DNA of 57,334 bases. Origin: a virus. Its lineage: Duplodnaviria > Caudoviricetes. Within the stretch, counting starts at the first letter, position 1. Every line of letters begins with the position of its first letter. The DNA is taken from IMG/VR virus record IMGVR_UViG_3300011335_000748, positions 1 through 57,334 of that record; one strand, written 5' to 3'. Shown here one piece after another: positions 43,894 through 52,980 of this stretch. The notes under the pieces are model-generated. The model had not been told where the DNA came from and did no database searches. It saw only the letters and a list, made by a program, of their open reading frames with translations. A program made the position numbers and the translations under genes.

Positions 43894-44313
43894 ATGGCTA
43901 AGATGCGCTCTGAAAACACCGATTATGCCAAAGCCCAAAAGGGGTATTACGATACCTCTATGAAGGCGGGCAAAGATTTTACTTTTGAAAGACAAGATCC
44001 CAAAGTGTCCGCAGAGGACTTTAGGCAGATGCTTGCCGAACGCTCCAAAGCCTCTCGCGAGCGTCAGGGAAAAATGGACGACTACAATAACTCCGAAAAA
44101 GAAACGGGCTACAATTACACAAGGGATTTTGACAACAACTCTGGGGAGGCCATCGACCGTTTAAGCCGTTCCCCCACTTCTGACTCCGAAGGCAACATGA
44201 AGTACCGCAAGGGCGGCATGGTCAAGAAGAAGTCTGCCAAGATGGCTAGCGGTGGAGCTGTTCGTGGTGCTGGTTGCGCTACGAAGGGCAAAGGAAAGAT
44301 GAGGATGTACTAA
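43894..44313 (+). CDS. Hypothetical protein with basic GG-motif tail
   Basis: YRKGG, MASGG, RGAGCATKG. Confidence 0.6.
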   Translation: MAKMRSENTDYAKAQKGYYDTSMKAGKDFTFERQDPKVSAEDFRQMLAERSKASRERQGKMDDYNNSEKETGYNYTRDFDNNSGEAIDRLSRSPTSDSEGNMKYRKGGMVKKKSAKMASGGAVRGAGCATKGKGKMRMY

Positions 44314-44627
44314 TGGCTCGCACAGGCAATAAATCAAACACTGGGTTAATGAACATTGGTATGTGGGAAGGGTCCAAAAAGGACGTTGCCCAAGATACCA
44401 AGTTGGCAAAAGCACGTGGTATGACCAAGGCCGAATGGGAAACTTCTTCCGCGGATGAAAAACACGATACCCAAAAATCTATGAAGGGTCTTCGTGGTGG
44501 GGGGATCGCAACCCGTGGTATGGGCGTAGCCCTTGCCGAAGGTGGTTCCGTTTGCAAGGCTGGCGGTGGTATGGTATCCCCCAAGGGGACTGGCATGGCT
44601 CGGTCAAAAAGCTGCAAGGTAAGCTAA
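44313..44627 (+). CDS. Hypothetical basic protein with GG motifs
   Basis: WEGS.KD..QD.KLAK..WE.S..D.KHD; LRGGG, LAEGG. Confidence 0.6.
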   Translation: MARTGNKSNTGLMNIGMWEGSKKDVAQDTKLAKARGMTKAEWETSSADEKHDTQKSMKGLRGGGIATRGMGVALAEGGSVCKAGGGMVSPKGTGMARSKSCKVS

Positions 44628-44628
44628 G

Positions 44629-45333
44629 ATGGCAACTTCCGGCACGAAGACGTTCAACCTCGATCTAGGGGACTATATCGAGGAGGCTTTTGAGCGGTGC
44701 GGTATCGAAGTCCGTACGGGCTACGACCAGCGCACTGCCCGTCGAAGCATGAACCTTCTGCTGGCAGAATGGGCAAACCGTGGGTTGAACCAGTGGACAA
44801 TTGTTCGCGATTCCATCACTGTCTCGGCTAACGGTGGGGTCAACTCGGATGGTCTGACCTACGAGCTTCCCACGTCCACCATTGATATCATTTCAATGGC
44901 TTGCCGCTTTGTCAGCACAGCTGGATCTCAAAACCAGCAGGATCTGACTGTTGATCGAATCAGCCGCGACTACTACCTCAGCATTCCAAACAAACTTTCA
45001 ACCGGACGCCCCCTTCAGTTTTATGTCAACCGCCAGATCACTCCTCAACTTGTTATATGGCCTCGGCCTAATCAGGATTATTACCTTATCGTTGATAAGC
45101 TTGTCCGTATGGATGATGCTGGAGGCGGCGCAAACACACTCGACATCCCTTTCCGCTTCTATCCCTGTCTTGTGGCTGGTCTGGCTTATTATATCGCTAT
45201 GAAGAAAGCTCCTGATCGTGTGCAGCTTCTGAAAGCTGTATACGAGGAAGAGTTTGACAGGGCCAAGAGCGAAGATCGTGACCGCGCTTCACTGCAACTT
45301 ACTCCGGTGAGGAACTGGTATAGGGTAGTGTAA
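44629..45333 (+). CDS. Head-tail connector/tail tubular-like protein
   Basis: MATSGT, IEEAFERCG, WANRGLN.W, GRP.Q.Y, PFRFYPCL.AGLAYY. Confidence 0.65.
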   Translation: MATSGTKTFNLDLGDYIEEAFERCGIEVRTGYDQRTARRSMNLLLAEWANRGLNQWTIVRDSITVSANGGVNSDGLTYELPTSTIDIISMACRFVSTAGSQNQQDLTVDRISRDYYLSIPNKLSTGRPLQFYVNRQITPQLVIWPRPNQDYYLIVDKLVRMDDAGGGANTLDIPFRFYPCLVAGLAYYIAMKKAPDRVQLLKAVYEEEFDRAKSEDRDRASLQLTPVRNWYRVV

Positions 45334-45334
45334 C

Positions 45335-45640
45335 ATGGGCAGATACGCAGGAGGCAATTATGCGATTGCGCTATGTGACCGATGTGGTCTTCAGTACCGC
45401 CATGTTTCTTTGAAGAAAGAGTGGAACGGTCTGCGTACTTGCGTCGAATGCTGGGAGTCAAAGCATCCGCAGATTCAGCCCATCTTCCCTCCAACAGAAC
45501 CACAGGCTTTATTTGAGCCTCGTCCAAGCCGGGTTGAGCCCATGCAAGTTCCTGTGGGCCAAGACATTTTCCCCTATCTTGAAAACATCAGCACTCAGGG
45601 TGTTATGCAGGTTGGGGTAGTTAGGGTGGAGATTTCATAA
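45335..45640 (+). CDS. Conserved CxxC protein of the head-tail module
   Basis: CDRCG..EWNG..C.EC.E.KHPQ. Confidence 0.65.
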   Translation: MGRYAGGNYAIALCDRCGLQYRHVSLKKEWNGLRTCVECWESKHPQIQPIFPPTEPQALFEPRPSRVEPMQVPVGQDIFPYLENISTQGVMQVGVVRVEIS

Positions 45641-45641
45641 A

Positions 45642-46277
45642 ATGGCGTGGACGTACACAACTTTGGTGCAAGCCGTAAAGGATTTCACAGAATATGATGA
45701 AAGTACCTTTAATTCATATATCCCCACGTTTATTCGCAACTGCGAAGAGCGGATCCTGTTCTCTGTCCAGCTGGTGGATTTCCGTTACAACGTCACTGGC
45801 ACAACCACAGCTAGTAACAAGTATCTTGGGTTGCCGTCCGACTTCTTGTCGCCGTTCTCTTTGAGCGTAACGGCAGACGGTACGACATCCTTCTTGTTGA
45901 ACAAGGACGTAGAGTATCTCCAAGAGTACAACCCAACTGGCGTTACGGGGACTCCAAAGTATTACGCGCTCTTTGACAGAAGCACGTTCATGCTGGCCCC
46001 CACCCCAGCGGACGCATACCCAGTTGAGCTGCATTACTACTACCAGCCGCCATCAATTGTAGATACGGGTACATCTTGGCTGGGGAACAATGCCGAACAA
46101 GCCCTTCTTTACGGGACGCTGTTTGAGGCTTATACCTACATGAAGGGTGAGCAGGACTTGCTGAACCTCTATAACCAGCGGTTTGCTGAGGCTCTTGCTC
46201 GCCTAAAGAACTACGGTGAAGGCGTGGAAGATGACGACGCATATCGCGACGGTCTCATTAGAATAAAGGCAACATAG
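45642..46277 (+). CDS. Head-tail adaptor
   Basis: TY..L..AV.D..E, G.PKYYA, APTP..Y..ELHY, LLYG.L.EA..YMKG. Confidence 0.7.
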   Translation: MAWTYTTLVQAVKDFTEYDESTFNSYIPTFIRNCEERILFSVQLVDFRYNVTGTTTASNKYLGLPSDFLSPFSLSVTADGTTSFLLNKDVEYLQEYNPTGVTGTPKYYALFDRSTFMLAPTPADAYPVELHYYYQPPSIVDTGTSWLGNNAEQALLYGTLFEAYTYMKGEQDLLNLYNQRFAEALARLKNYGEGVEDDDAYRDGLIRIKAT

Positions 46278-46278
46278 A

Positions 46279-46569
46279 ATGGTTGGAAGTCAGGGTACTA
46301 CTGGTGGGTTTAGGGTGGACGTTCACACATCTTCGGATGGAGGACACCCACCAGAGTTCTGGGCAAAGCGGGCCGCTGACCGCATTGTTTCTGTTTCCGA
46401 AACAGCGCATCCTGCTATCCGCGAACAGGCGGTAGCCTTCAAGGATTTGGTAGAACAAGTAGTGCTTGATCACATGAAACGTGCTATATCCTGTGACAGG
46501 ACCACGGTCAGCCATCTGGTGACAGAGGCTGGTCACCCACAGTTAGCGGAACTTTTAAGGAGGCCATAA
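46279..46569 (+). CDS. Hypothetical protein
   Basis: V.T...GH.PE.WA..A..I..A.P.IR.QA.AF. Confidence 0.6.
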   Translation: MVGSQGTTGGFRVDVHTSSDGGHPPEFWAKRAADRIVSVSETAHPAIREQAVAFKDLVEQVVLDHMKRAISCDRTTVSHLVTEAGHPQLAELLRRP

Positions 46570-47027
46570 TGGCTTTTACCGGAAACTTTATGGCTACCTC
46601 TTTTAAGCTGGAGCTTCTCAGTGGTATCCACGCTTTCAATACCTCGGTTGTCCGTGCGGCTACGACGGCAGATACCTTTAAGATGGCTCTCTACACATCT
46701 TCGGCATCGCTGACCGCTGCAACCACAGCATACAGTGCAACCAACGAAACAACCAATACGGCTGGTTCGGCCTACACCGCGGGCGGTAATACACTTACAA
46801 GTTCAACCACTTCGTCTAGCGGCACAACTGCTTTCGCAGACTTTGCCGATAGCTCGTGGTCGACGGCCTCTTTCACTGCTCGCGGCGCGTTGATCTATAA
46901 CTCGACCCAGAGCAACAAGGCTGTTGTCGTGCTTGACTTCGGTGCGGATAAAACTGCCTCGGCTGGTACGTTTACGGTTGTCTTCCCAACTGCGGATGCT
47001 AGCAACGCAATCATCCGTATCGCCTAA
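46569..47027 (+). CDS. Tail-associated structural protein
   Basis: TSFK.ELL, FK.ALYT, YTAGG..L, ARGALIYN, VLDFG.DK. Confidence 0.65.
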   Translation: MAFTGNFMATSFKLELLSGIHAFNTSVVRAATTADTFKMALYTSSASLTAATTAYSATNETTNTAGSAYTAGGNTLTSSTTSSSGTTAFADFADSSWSTASFTARGALIYNSTQSNKAVVVLDFGADKTASAGTFTVVFPTADASNAIIRIA

Positions 47028-47045
47028 CATTGGGTGTGAGTACCG

Positions 47046-47714
47046 ATGGCTGACGCAACCGTATCATTCGAGGGTTGGGATCGATCCCTTGGATGGGGTA
47101 TCGGTGCATTTGGCACGGGGTCAATCGACGCATACATGACGGGTGGGGTGGGTGATTCCACCGTTCGAGTCGATGTGGATGTCGCGGTTACAGGGCTGTC
47201 GGCTACTGGGGATATTGGAACTGCTACCGTCACCGGGACAGCTAACGTCAGCCCAACGGGTGTTTCTGCCACCGGAGACATTGGAACTGCTACTGTTACG
47301 GCAGATGCAAATGTCGATACGACAGGCGTAGCTGGGACAGGCGGGACTGGAACTGCCACCGTTACGGCAGATGCCAATGTCAGCCCAACTGGTGTTTCTG
47401 CCACTGGTAATGTTGGCGATACCACCGTTACGGCAGATGCCAATGTCAGCCCAACTACGGTTTCTGGTGAGGGACAGGTTGGTCAGGTTGACATTGAGTC
47501 TGTCAACTTCGTTGATGTTACCGGAGTGTTCGCTACTGGTCAGGTTGGCGATACTACGGTAATAGGAGGAGCCACTGTTACTGTTGAAGGTTCTTCTGCA
47601 ACAGGGTATAGTGGACAAGTTCTCGTTTGGGGGGCGATTATTCCCAGTCAAACGCCCGGATGGAATGGAGTCGTTCCATCTCAGACCCCCAACTGGAACC
47701 AAGTTGCCGCGTAG
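47046..47714 (+). CDS. Fibre-like repeat protein
   Basis: Tandem 21-aa repeats TATVTADANVSPTGVSATG; GW..W..G N-terminus. Confidence 0.65.
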   Translation: MADATVSFEGWDRSLGWGIGAFGTGSIDAYMTGGVGDSTVRVDVDVAVTGLSATGDIGTATVTGTANVSPTGVSATGDIGTATVTADANVDTTGVAGTGGTGTATVTADANVSPTGVSATGNVGDTTVTADANVSPTTVSGEGQVGQVDIESVNFVDVTGVFATGQVGDTTVIGGATVTVEGSSATGYSGQVLVWGAIIPSQTPGWNGVVPSQTPNWNQVAA

Positions 47715-47725
47715 GAGGCAGATAA

Positions 47726-49108
47726 ATGGCTAGTACTTATTCAACCAATCTCGGCATCGAACTCATGGGGACTGGCGATCAGTCCGGTACTTGGGGTACG
47801 ACCACCAACACCAACCTCGGGACGCTGCTGGAACAGGCCATTGCTGGTTACGCCACTCAGGCGGTAACCGATTCTTCTTCCGCGACAGTCTTGACGATCA
47901 CCAACGGTGCAGCTTCCACAGGCCGCAACCCCGTCATCGTCCTGACAGGCGTATTGACTGCGGATCGTGTTGTTGAAGTTCCCGCCAAGACCAAACTGTA
48001 TGTCTTTAAGAACTCCACCACGGGTGGTTTCAACGTCACCGTAAAAGTAACGGGTCAGACGGGCGTGACGATTGCCAACGGCAAGACCGCCTACATGTTC
48101 TGCAATGCGACCGATACGGTTGAAATCTTTAACGCTCCGGTAACGGAAGCTGGGACGCAGACGCTCACCAACAAGACGCTGACATCTCCAACCGTCAATA
48201 CCGCCACTATCTCCGGCGGTACGATCAATAACGCCGTTATTGGTGGAACGACCGCTGCGGCTGGGACATTCACCACAATTGGCGGTACGACGATCACTGC
48301 CAGTACCCAGTTCTCCGGTCCACACAACGGAACCGTTGGTGCGACGACCCCCTCTACGGGTTCGTTTACTACCTTGGCAGCTTCCAGCACCGTATCTGGT
48401 ACAGGGTTTAGCACCTACCTTGCTTCCCCTCCTGCGATTGGCGGCACCACTCCGGCTGCGGGTGCTTTTACTACAGTCACTGCAACTACTGGGGCAGCTA
48501 CCGCTGCAACCTTTACATCTGCCAGCGTTGGCACGGGCGGAACTATTGCCGTTAATGATACAGGAACAAACGGCTCTATCATTAAAATGACAGGCAATGG
48601 CGCAACGACCCCTACCAAATTCTTAAACGTACTGAGCGGTGTACTCCGCATCCTTAATAATGCGTATTCTGCCGTTCTTATGACGCTTGATGATTCCGGG
48701 AATTTGGTTGCCACTGGTAACGTCACTGCATACTCCGATGAGCGGGTCAAGACCAACTGGCGTAGTATGGAACCCGGATTCCTGAAGCAGCTTTCCGAGA
48801 TCAAGGCTGGAACTTACGACCGTACCGATACCGACGCTCCCATGGTTCAGGTCGGTGTGTCCGCGCAGGACTTGCAGAAGATTCTTGGTCCTGCGGTCTT
48901 GGAAGATGCTGACGGTATGCTGTCCGTGGCTTACGGCAACGCGGCCCTTGTAGCTGCCGTCGAACTGTGCAAAGAAGTTCAGCGGCTTCACACCGAGATC
49001 GAAGCCTTAAAGGCCCAGTTCCACGAGGAGATTGGGTCTATCAAGGTGGAGTTTGCCGACGAGATCACAGCACTGAAAGCACGTCCTGTTTGCAAGTGCG
49101 CTTCATAA
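47726..49108 (+). CDS. Tail fibre with C-terminal intramolecular chaperone (Peptidase S74-like)
   Basis: MASTYS..G...GTWG..TN.N start; IGGTT.AAG.FTT repeats; AYSDERVKTN..GVSAQ..L.V.Y plus coiled coil. Confidence 0.85.
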   Translation: MASTYSTNLGIELMGTGDQSGTWGTTTNTNLGTLLEQAIAGYATQAVTDSSSATVLTITNGAASTGRNPVIVLTGVLTADRVVEVPAKTKLYVFKNSTTGGFNVTVKVTGQTGVTIANGKTAYMFCNATDTVEIFNAPVTEAGTQTLTNKTLTSPTVNTATISGGTINNAVIGGTTAAAGTFTTIGGTTITASTQFSGPHNGTVGATTPSTGSFTTLAASSTVSGTGFSTYLASPPAIGGTTPAAGAFTTVTATTGAATAATFTSASVGTGGTIAVNDTGTNGSIIKMTGNGATTPTKFLNVLSGVLRILNNAYSAVLMTLDDSGNLVATGNVTAYSDERVKTNWRSMEPGFLKQLSEIKAGTYDRTDTDAPMVQVGVSAQDLQKILGPAVLEDADGMLSVAYGNAALVAAVELCKEVQRLHTEIEALKAQFHEEIGSIKVEFADEITALKARPVCKCAS

Positions 49109-49120
49109 GGAGCCTATAGA

Positions 49121-50077
49121 ATGACGCTTCCCGCCTCTGGCACAATTGCTATGTCCAACTTCAACACCGAGCTGGGGGTGGCATCGACCACCAATAGGTC
49201 GATGTCCTCTATCTACTCACTAACTAAAACTGGGCAGCAGTCGTATGCGTTCAATGCCTATTACAGCAAGGCATACTACCAGAGCACCACTGGCGGAAAT
49301 TGCAACAACGGAAACTGTAACTTCCCCAATAATTGTACCTACCAGTGTACTAATTGTTCAACTGGTGCAGCAATCAATTGCACTAATTGCGATACTCAGT
49401 CCTACATTCAAACCAACTGTAACTGCGCTTGTACCTATAATTGTGCTGCCGTAACAAACATGTTGTACGATTGCGCTTGCGCTTGCTCTACTGACTCTAC
49501 CACCTGTTTTTTAGCTGGATCACCCGTTTTTATGGCAGATGGTTCGTTGCGGCGTATTGAGGATGTTAAGATAGGAGAATATGTAAAAGGCGCATACGGA
49601 GAAGCCAACAAGGTACTTGCGTATGACCGTCCACTTTTAGGCAATCGTCTTATGTTTGTTATTAATGGAGAACACCGGACAACAGACGAGCATTCCCACA
49701 TGAGGGCAGACCGTTCTTTCGGTCCCATAAGTTTAAGGGCGTGGCAATCCGATACCGGAACCACTCACCCCGTTATAGTTGATGAGTGTGGGACAGTTGA
49801 ACAGTGGTTACTCCCCGGTGTGGAAGACATGTCTACAATCAGCCAACTTCAAGTTGGAGAAGAGTTATGGACAACACACGGTTCCAAAAAACTTGAAACA
49901 ATCACCAGTGAAAAATTGCCTACAGAAACGCAGCTTTATAACTTGGTGCTTGATGGCAGTCATACTTACTTTGTTGATGGCTACTGCGTAACCGGGTTTA
50001 TAAACGGTTACGATTTTGACCATAAAAGCTGGTCTCCCTTGGGGGAAAAGTGGCTTCCCAACAACTACCGCAAATAG
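49121..50077 (+). CDS. Cys/Asn-rich tail-tip-like protein fused to a Hint (intein-like) domain
   Basis: MTLPASGTI..S.FNTELG start; 14 Cys in residues 61-122; CFLAGSPV.MADG..RIEDV..G (block A), TxxH (block B), YNL..DG.HTYFVDG (block F). Confidence 0.82.
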   Translation: MTLPASGTIAMSNFNTELGVASTTNRSMSSIYSLTKTGQQSYAFNAYYSKAYYQSTTGGNCNNGNCNFPNNCTYQCTNCSTGAAINCTNCDTQSYIQTNCNCACTYNCAAVTNMLYDCACACSTDSTTCFLAGSPVFMADGSLRRIEDVKIGEYVKGAYGEANKVLAYDRPLLGNRLMFVINGEHRTTDEHSHMRADRSFGPISLRAWQSDTGTTHPVIVDECGTVEQWLLPGVEDMSTISQLQVGEELWTTHGSKKLETITSEKLPTETQLYNLVLDGSHTYFVDGYCVTGFINGYDFDHKSWSPLGEKWLPNNYRK

Positions 50078-50112
50078 TTCTTCCCGTATTCTACGGTTAA
50101 AAGGAAACACCT

Positions 50113-50820
50113 ATGACCTCAATCATTGTCTATCGGGAGTTTACTCTTCCCTACACCTTCTCTGCGGAAGTCAGCATTTTAGCGGAAAGCGTAACAATCA
50201 CTACTACTACGAAGCATGTGCTTCAGAGTGAGCGTACTTTAACAACCACTATTCTTTGGAGCGAGTTGCAAGCGCGTGATGACAAGTGCGGCTTTGACCG
50301 CTGGATTGTTCCGCTAGATTCATACGGCAACCAATATCAAATTCGTAATTTGCATGTTGAAACATACGCTTCGCAACTGCCTCCTACCGAACAGGCTGGT
50401 TTGACGGGAAGCAGCAACTTGTTCCACATCATCACCCGCCCCACAGATACGTCTTTCTTGGACAGTTGCTACTATCTCAACATACCAGACGGGGGGACGT
50501 ACACCTGTAACCTTCCTGTCGAAGAACTCCCCCGCACTATTTCGACGGGTAGGAAATATTATTGGCCCGCGATGGAACTGGTTGAAATATCCAGAACATC
50601 TGATAAGGTCACTTGTGAGGTTCGGATGGATGCATCCGTATCTGACCAAGTGATATATTTAGAAACCGACTTGGGCTATGTTACGAAAGAAGTTACCGTC
50701 CAGAATGGTACGGCACAGTTCTCTTTTGTCCCCGTTGAGATGAACGACGGTGACACCGCTACTGTGAAAGCTGGATTCAAGTACTTCTCTAATGTGGCTT
50801 CGGTCCCCATTGTGAGGTGA
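50113..50820 (+). CDS. Hypothetical protein with beta-rich (Ig-like) C-terminus
   Basis: AAGGA RBS; YLET..GY...V....G...F..GD...VKAGFKYF. Confidence 0.6.
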   Translation: MTSIIVYREFTLPYTFSAEVSILAESVTITTTTKHVLQSERTLTTTILWSELQARDDKCGFDRWIVPLDSYGNQYQIRNLHVETYASQLPPTEQAGLTGSSNLFHIITRPTDTSFLDSCYYLNIPDGGTYTCNLPVEELPRTISTGRKYYWPAMELVEISRTSDKVTCEVRMDASVSDQVIYLETDLGYVTKEVTVQNGTAQFSFVPVEMNDGDTATVKAGFKYFSNVASVPIVR

Positions 50821-50825
50821 TCAAT

Positions 50826-51530
50826 ATGTCGAGTTACGACACGAATCCAACCATGTCAAATCTTTGGCCTACAAAGATAATGAAAGGTTCGATTATAAAG
50901 CCTGATTCGTGGCATGAAGAACTGGCAGAACTTGCCCGTGATTATGTTGAAAATAGAATGGTAAAATATGACAGCGGCTTCAAACACGCTGTACCTAACA
51001 ATCTTCTCCTTCATTATAAGTCCACGGCTTTAACTGAATACTTTGAGATTCTGCAAGACTATTTTTGGACCTATATGATGGGTGTTGCCGATATTGGTCC
51101 TTCAGATATTACGAAGCCAAATTGTCATATGTTTGGTAACGTTGAGAAAAGGGGCGAGTGGAGTATCCCACATGCCCATCACGGAAACCAATGCGTTATA
51201 ACTTTTTATCCCAAAGTCACCAGAGACCCCCAAGAGCCACATCCGTATGCTGGTTCTATGGTTTTTCACAACCCACGGTTTATGCAGTCAGGTTTTTGGG
51301 CAAGACGTGAAAAACTGTTTACCCCTTTTAAGGTTGAAACAGGAACTATTGTAGCGTTTCCGGGAATTGCCGAGCATTCGACGTTTCCATTCTTCAACGA
51401 AGGCTCAGAGAAAACGGCCCTTGTTTGCAATATCCGGTTTACGGGTACACTGGAAGGTGAGGGTTCAATGGACCAATACCAGACCTTTGAAGCCCTCAAT
51501 GAACACAGAGAAAAACTCTGCAACTCGTAA
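50826..51530 (+). CDS. Putative 2OG-Fe(II) oxygenase
   Basis: L(W)PT N-terminus, PHAH HxH, FHNPR, G.IVAFP...HS..P, ALVCN double-stranded beta-helix pattern. Confidence 0.75.
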   Translation: MSSYDTNPTMSNLWPTKIMKGSIIKPDSWHEELAELARDYVENRMVKYDSGFKHAVPNNLLLHYKSTALTEYFEILQDYFWTYMMGVADIGPSDITKPNCHMFGNVEKRGEWSIPHAHHGNQCVITFYPKVTRDPQEPHPYAGSMVFHNPRFMQSGFWARREKLFTPFKVETGTIVAFPGIAEHSTFPFFNEGSEKTALVCNIRFTGTLEGEGSMDQYQTFEALNEHREKLCNS

Positions 51531-51539
51531 GGAGTTAAC

Positions 51540-52979
51540 ATGCTTTTCAATATTCACGCTGAAAGAAATGGCGGCGCAGATAAAATCGTGCTGACCTACG
51601 ACAATGTGACCAATGAGCTGCGGGCTCAGGATGGGTTCCTCATTGAGAACCCATCGCTGCTACGTAAAAAATGGGAAGACGCAACTATCTTCTCTAAAGA
51701 ACACCCCTTGGTGAAGTCAAAGCTGGTTAAGATCCTCAAGATCCAGTTCGGTCTTTCCTGCAACTATAGCTGTTCCTATTGCTCTCAACGGTTTGTTGAA
51801 CGTGCAGATGAGACGAATAAGAAAGACATTGAAGGTTTTATGCGTAAGCTGGAAAACCTAGAGTTTAACGAGCAAGATGGGTTGAAGGTTGAGTTTTGGG
51901 GCGGGGAACCGCTTGTCTACATTAAGACGATAAAGCCTTTGCTTGAGGAGTTGCAGAAAAAATTCTCCTCTTGGGAAAAAAAGCCGCACTACAGCATGAT
52001 CACCAATGGGTCCTTGTTGACTGACGAGCTCTGCGACTGGCTGTTCAAAAACCACTTTAGTGTTGCCATCAGTCACGATGGTCCCGGTCAGCATGTACGT
52101 GGCCCGGACCCGTTTGATGATCCCGTGGTAAAAGATGTGATCCTGCGGTTCTATCGTCGGATGCGCCCCCTTAACCGCATCAGCTTCAACTCAATGCTGA
52201 ACAGCTCCAATAGGAGCCGCAAGGAAATCTTTGAGTGGTTTGTCAATCTTACCGGAGATCCCGGAGTCCTTCTTGGTGAGGGTGGGTTGATTGATGCATA
52301 CGATACTGACGGTCTTGCAAATGCTCTGACCACCAAGCAAGAACATTTTGAGTTTCGGCAAACTGCTTTTAAGGACATAGCCACAACGGGTGGGGCGATA
52401 GGTTTTACGGGCATCCTCGATAAGGTTGATGCTTTTACCAACGCCATTTTGTCTCACAAACCATCGAGGTCTCTTGGGCAGAAGTGCGGGATGGACGATG
52501 ACAACATCCTTGCTGTTGACCTAAAGGGCAACGTGATTACCTGTCAGAACGTAAGTGCTGTTTCTACCGCAGGAAACGGTATGCCCCACCTTGGAGGCAA
52601 CATTGTCAACATGGACTCGGTCAAGATCAGGACAGCTACCCACTGGAGCAATCGCCCCGACTGCGCCAACTGCCCCGTTCTGCATATCTGTCAGGGGTCT
52701 TGCATGTACCTTCAGGAAGAGTACTGGGATAAGTCATGCGACAACGCCTACTCCGATGCAGTTGCCATCTTTGCCCTGTCACTGGAAAAGATCACGGGGT
52801 ACATCCCCTATTTGATTGAAGCTGACCATCTTCCACCGGAGAGACAGGACATCTGGGGATGGACACTTGAACATGCTGAAGACGAGAAGAAGGATCTTGT
52901 GTCCCTTCGCCCTGTCATTCAGAAGAAAATGGTGGTAGAAGATGTTGAGGTCTACACACAAGCTGTCGTAGGGGAATGA
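51540..52979 (+). CDS. Radical SAM/SPASM domain protein
   Basis: CNYSCSYC, FWGGEP, ITNGSLL, ISHDG, KCG..VDL.G.V..C, CANCPVLHICQGSC..C. Confidence 0.92.
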   Translation: MLFNIHAERNGGADKIVLTYDNVTNELRAQDGFLIENPSLLRKKWEDATIFSKEHPLVKSKLVKILKIQFGLSCNYSCSYCSQRFVERADETNKKDIEGFMRKLENLEFNEQDGLKVEFWGGEPLVYIKTIKPLLEELQKKFSSWEKKPHYSMITNGSLLTDELCDWLFKNHFSVAISHDGPGQHVRGPDPFDDPVVKDVILRFYRRMRPLNRISFNSMLNSSNRSRKEIFEWFVNLTGDPGVLLGEGGLIDAYDTDGLANALTTKQEHFEFRQTAFKDIATTGGAIGFTGILDKVDAFTNAILSHKPSRSLGQKCGMDDDNILAVDLKGNVITCQNVSAVSTAGNGMPHLGGNIVNMDSVKIRTATHWSNRPDCANCPVLHICQGSCMYLQEEYWDKSCDNAYSDAVAIFALSLEKITGYIPYLIEADHLPPERQDIWGWTLEHAEDEKKDLVSLRPVIQKKMVVEDVEVYTQAVVGE

Positions 52980-52980
52980 T

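Noticed and set aside
49505-50000. Canonical mobile intein
   Set aside because: No homing endonuclease, no terminal His-Asn and no Cys/Ser/Thr +1 extein; treated as a Hint cleavage domain.
47046-50077. Diversity-generating retroelement acting on tail genes
   Set aside because: No reverse transcriptase and no template/variable repeat pair seen; the repeats are in-frame fibre repeats.
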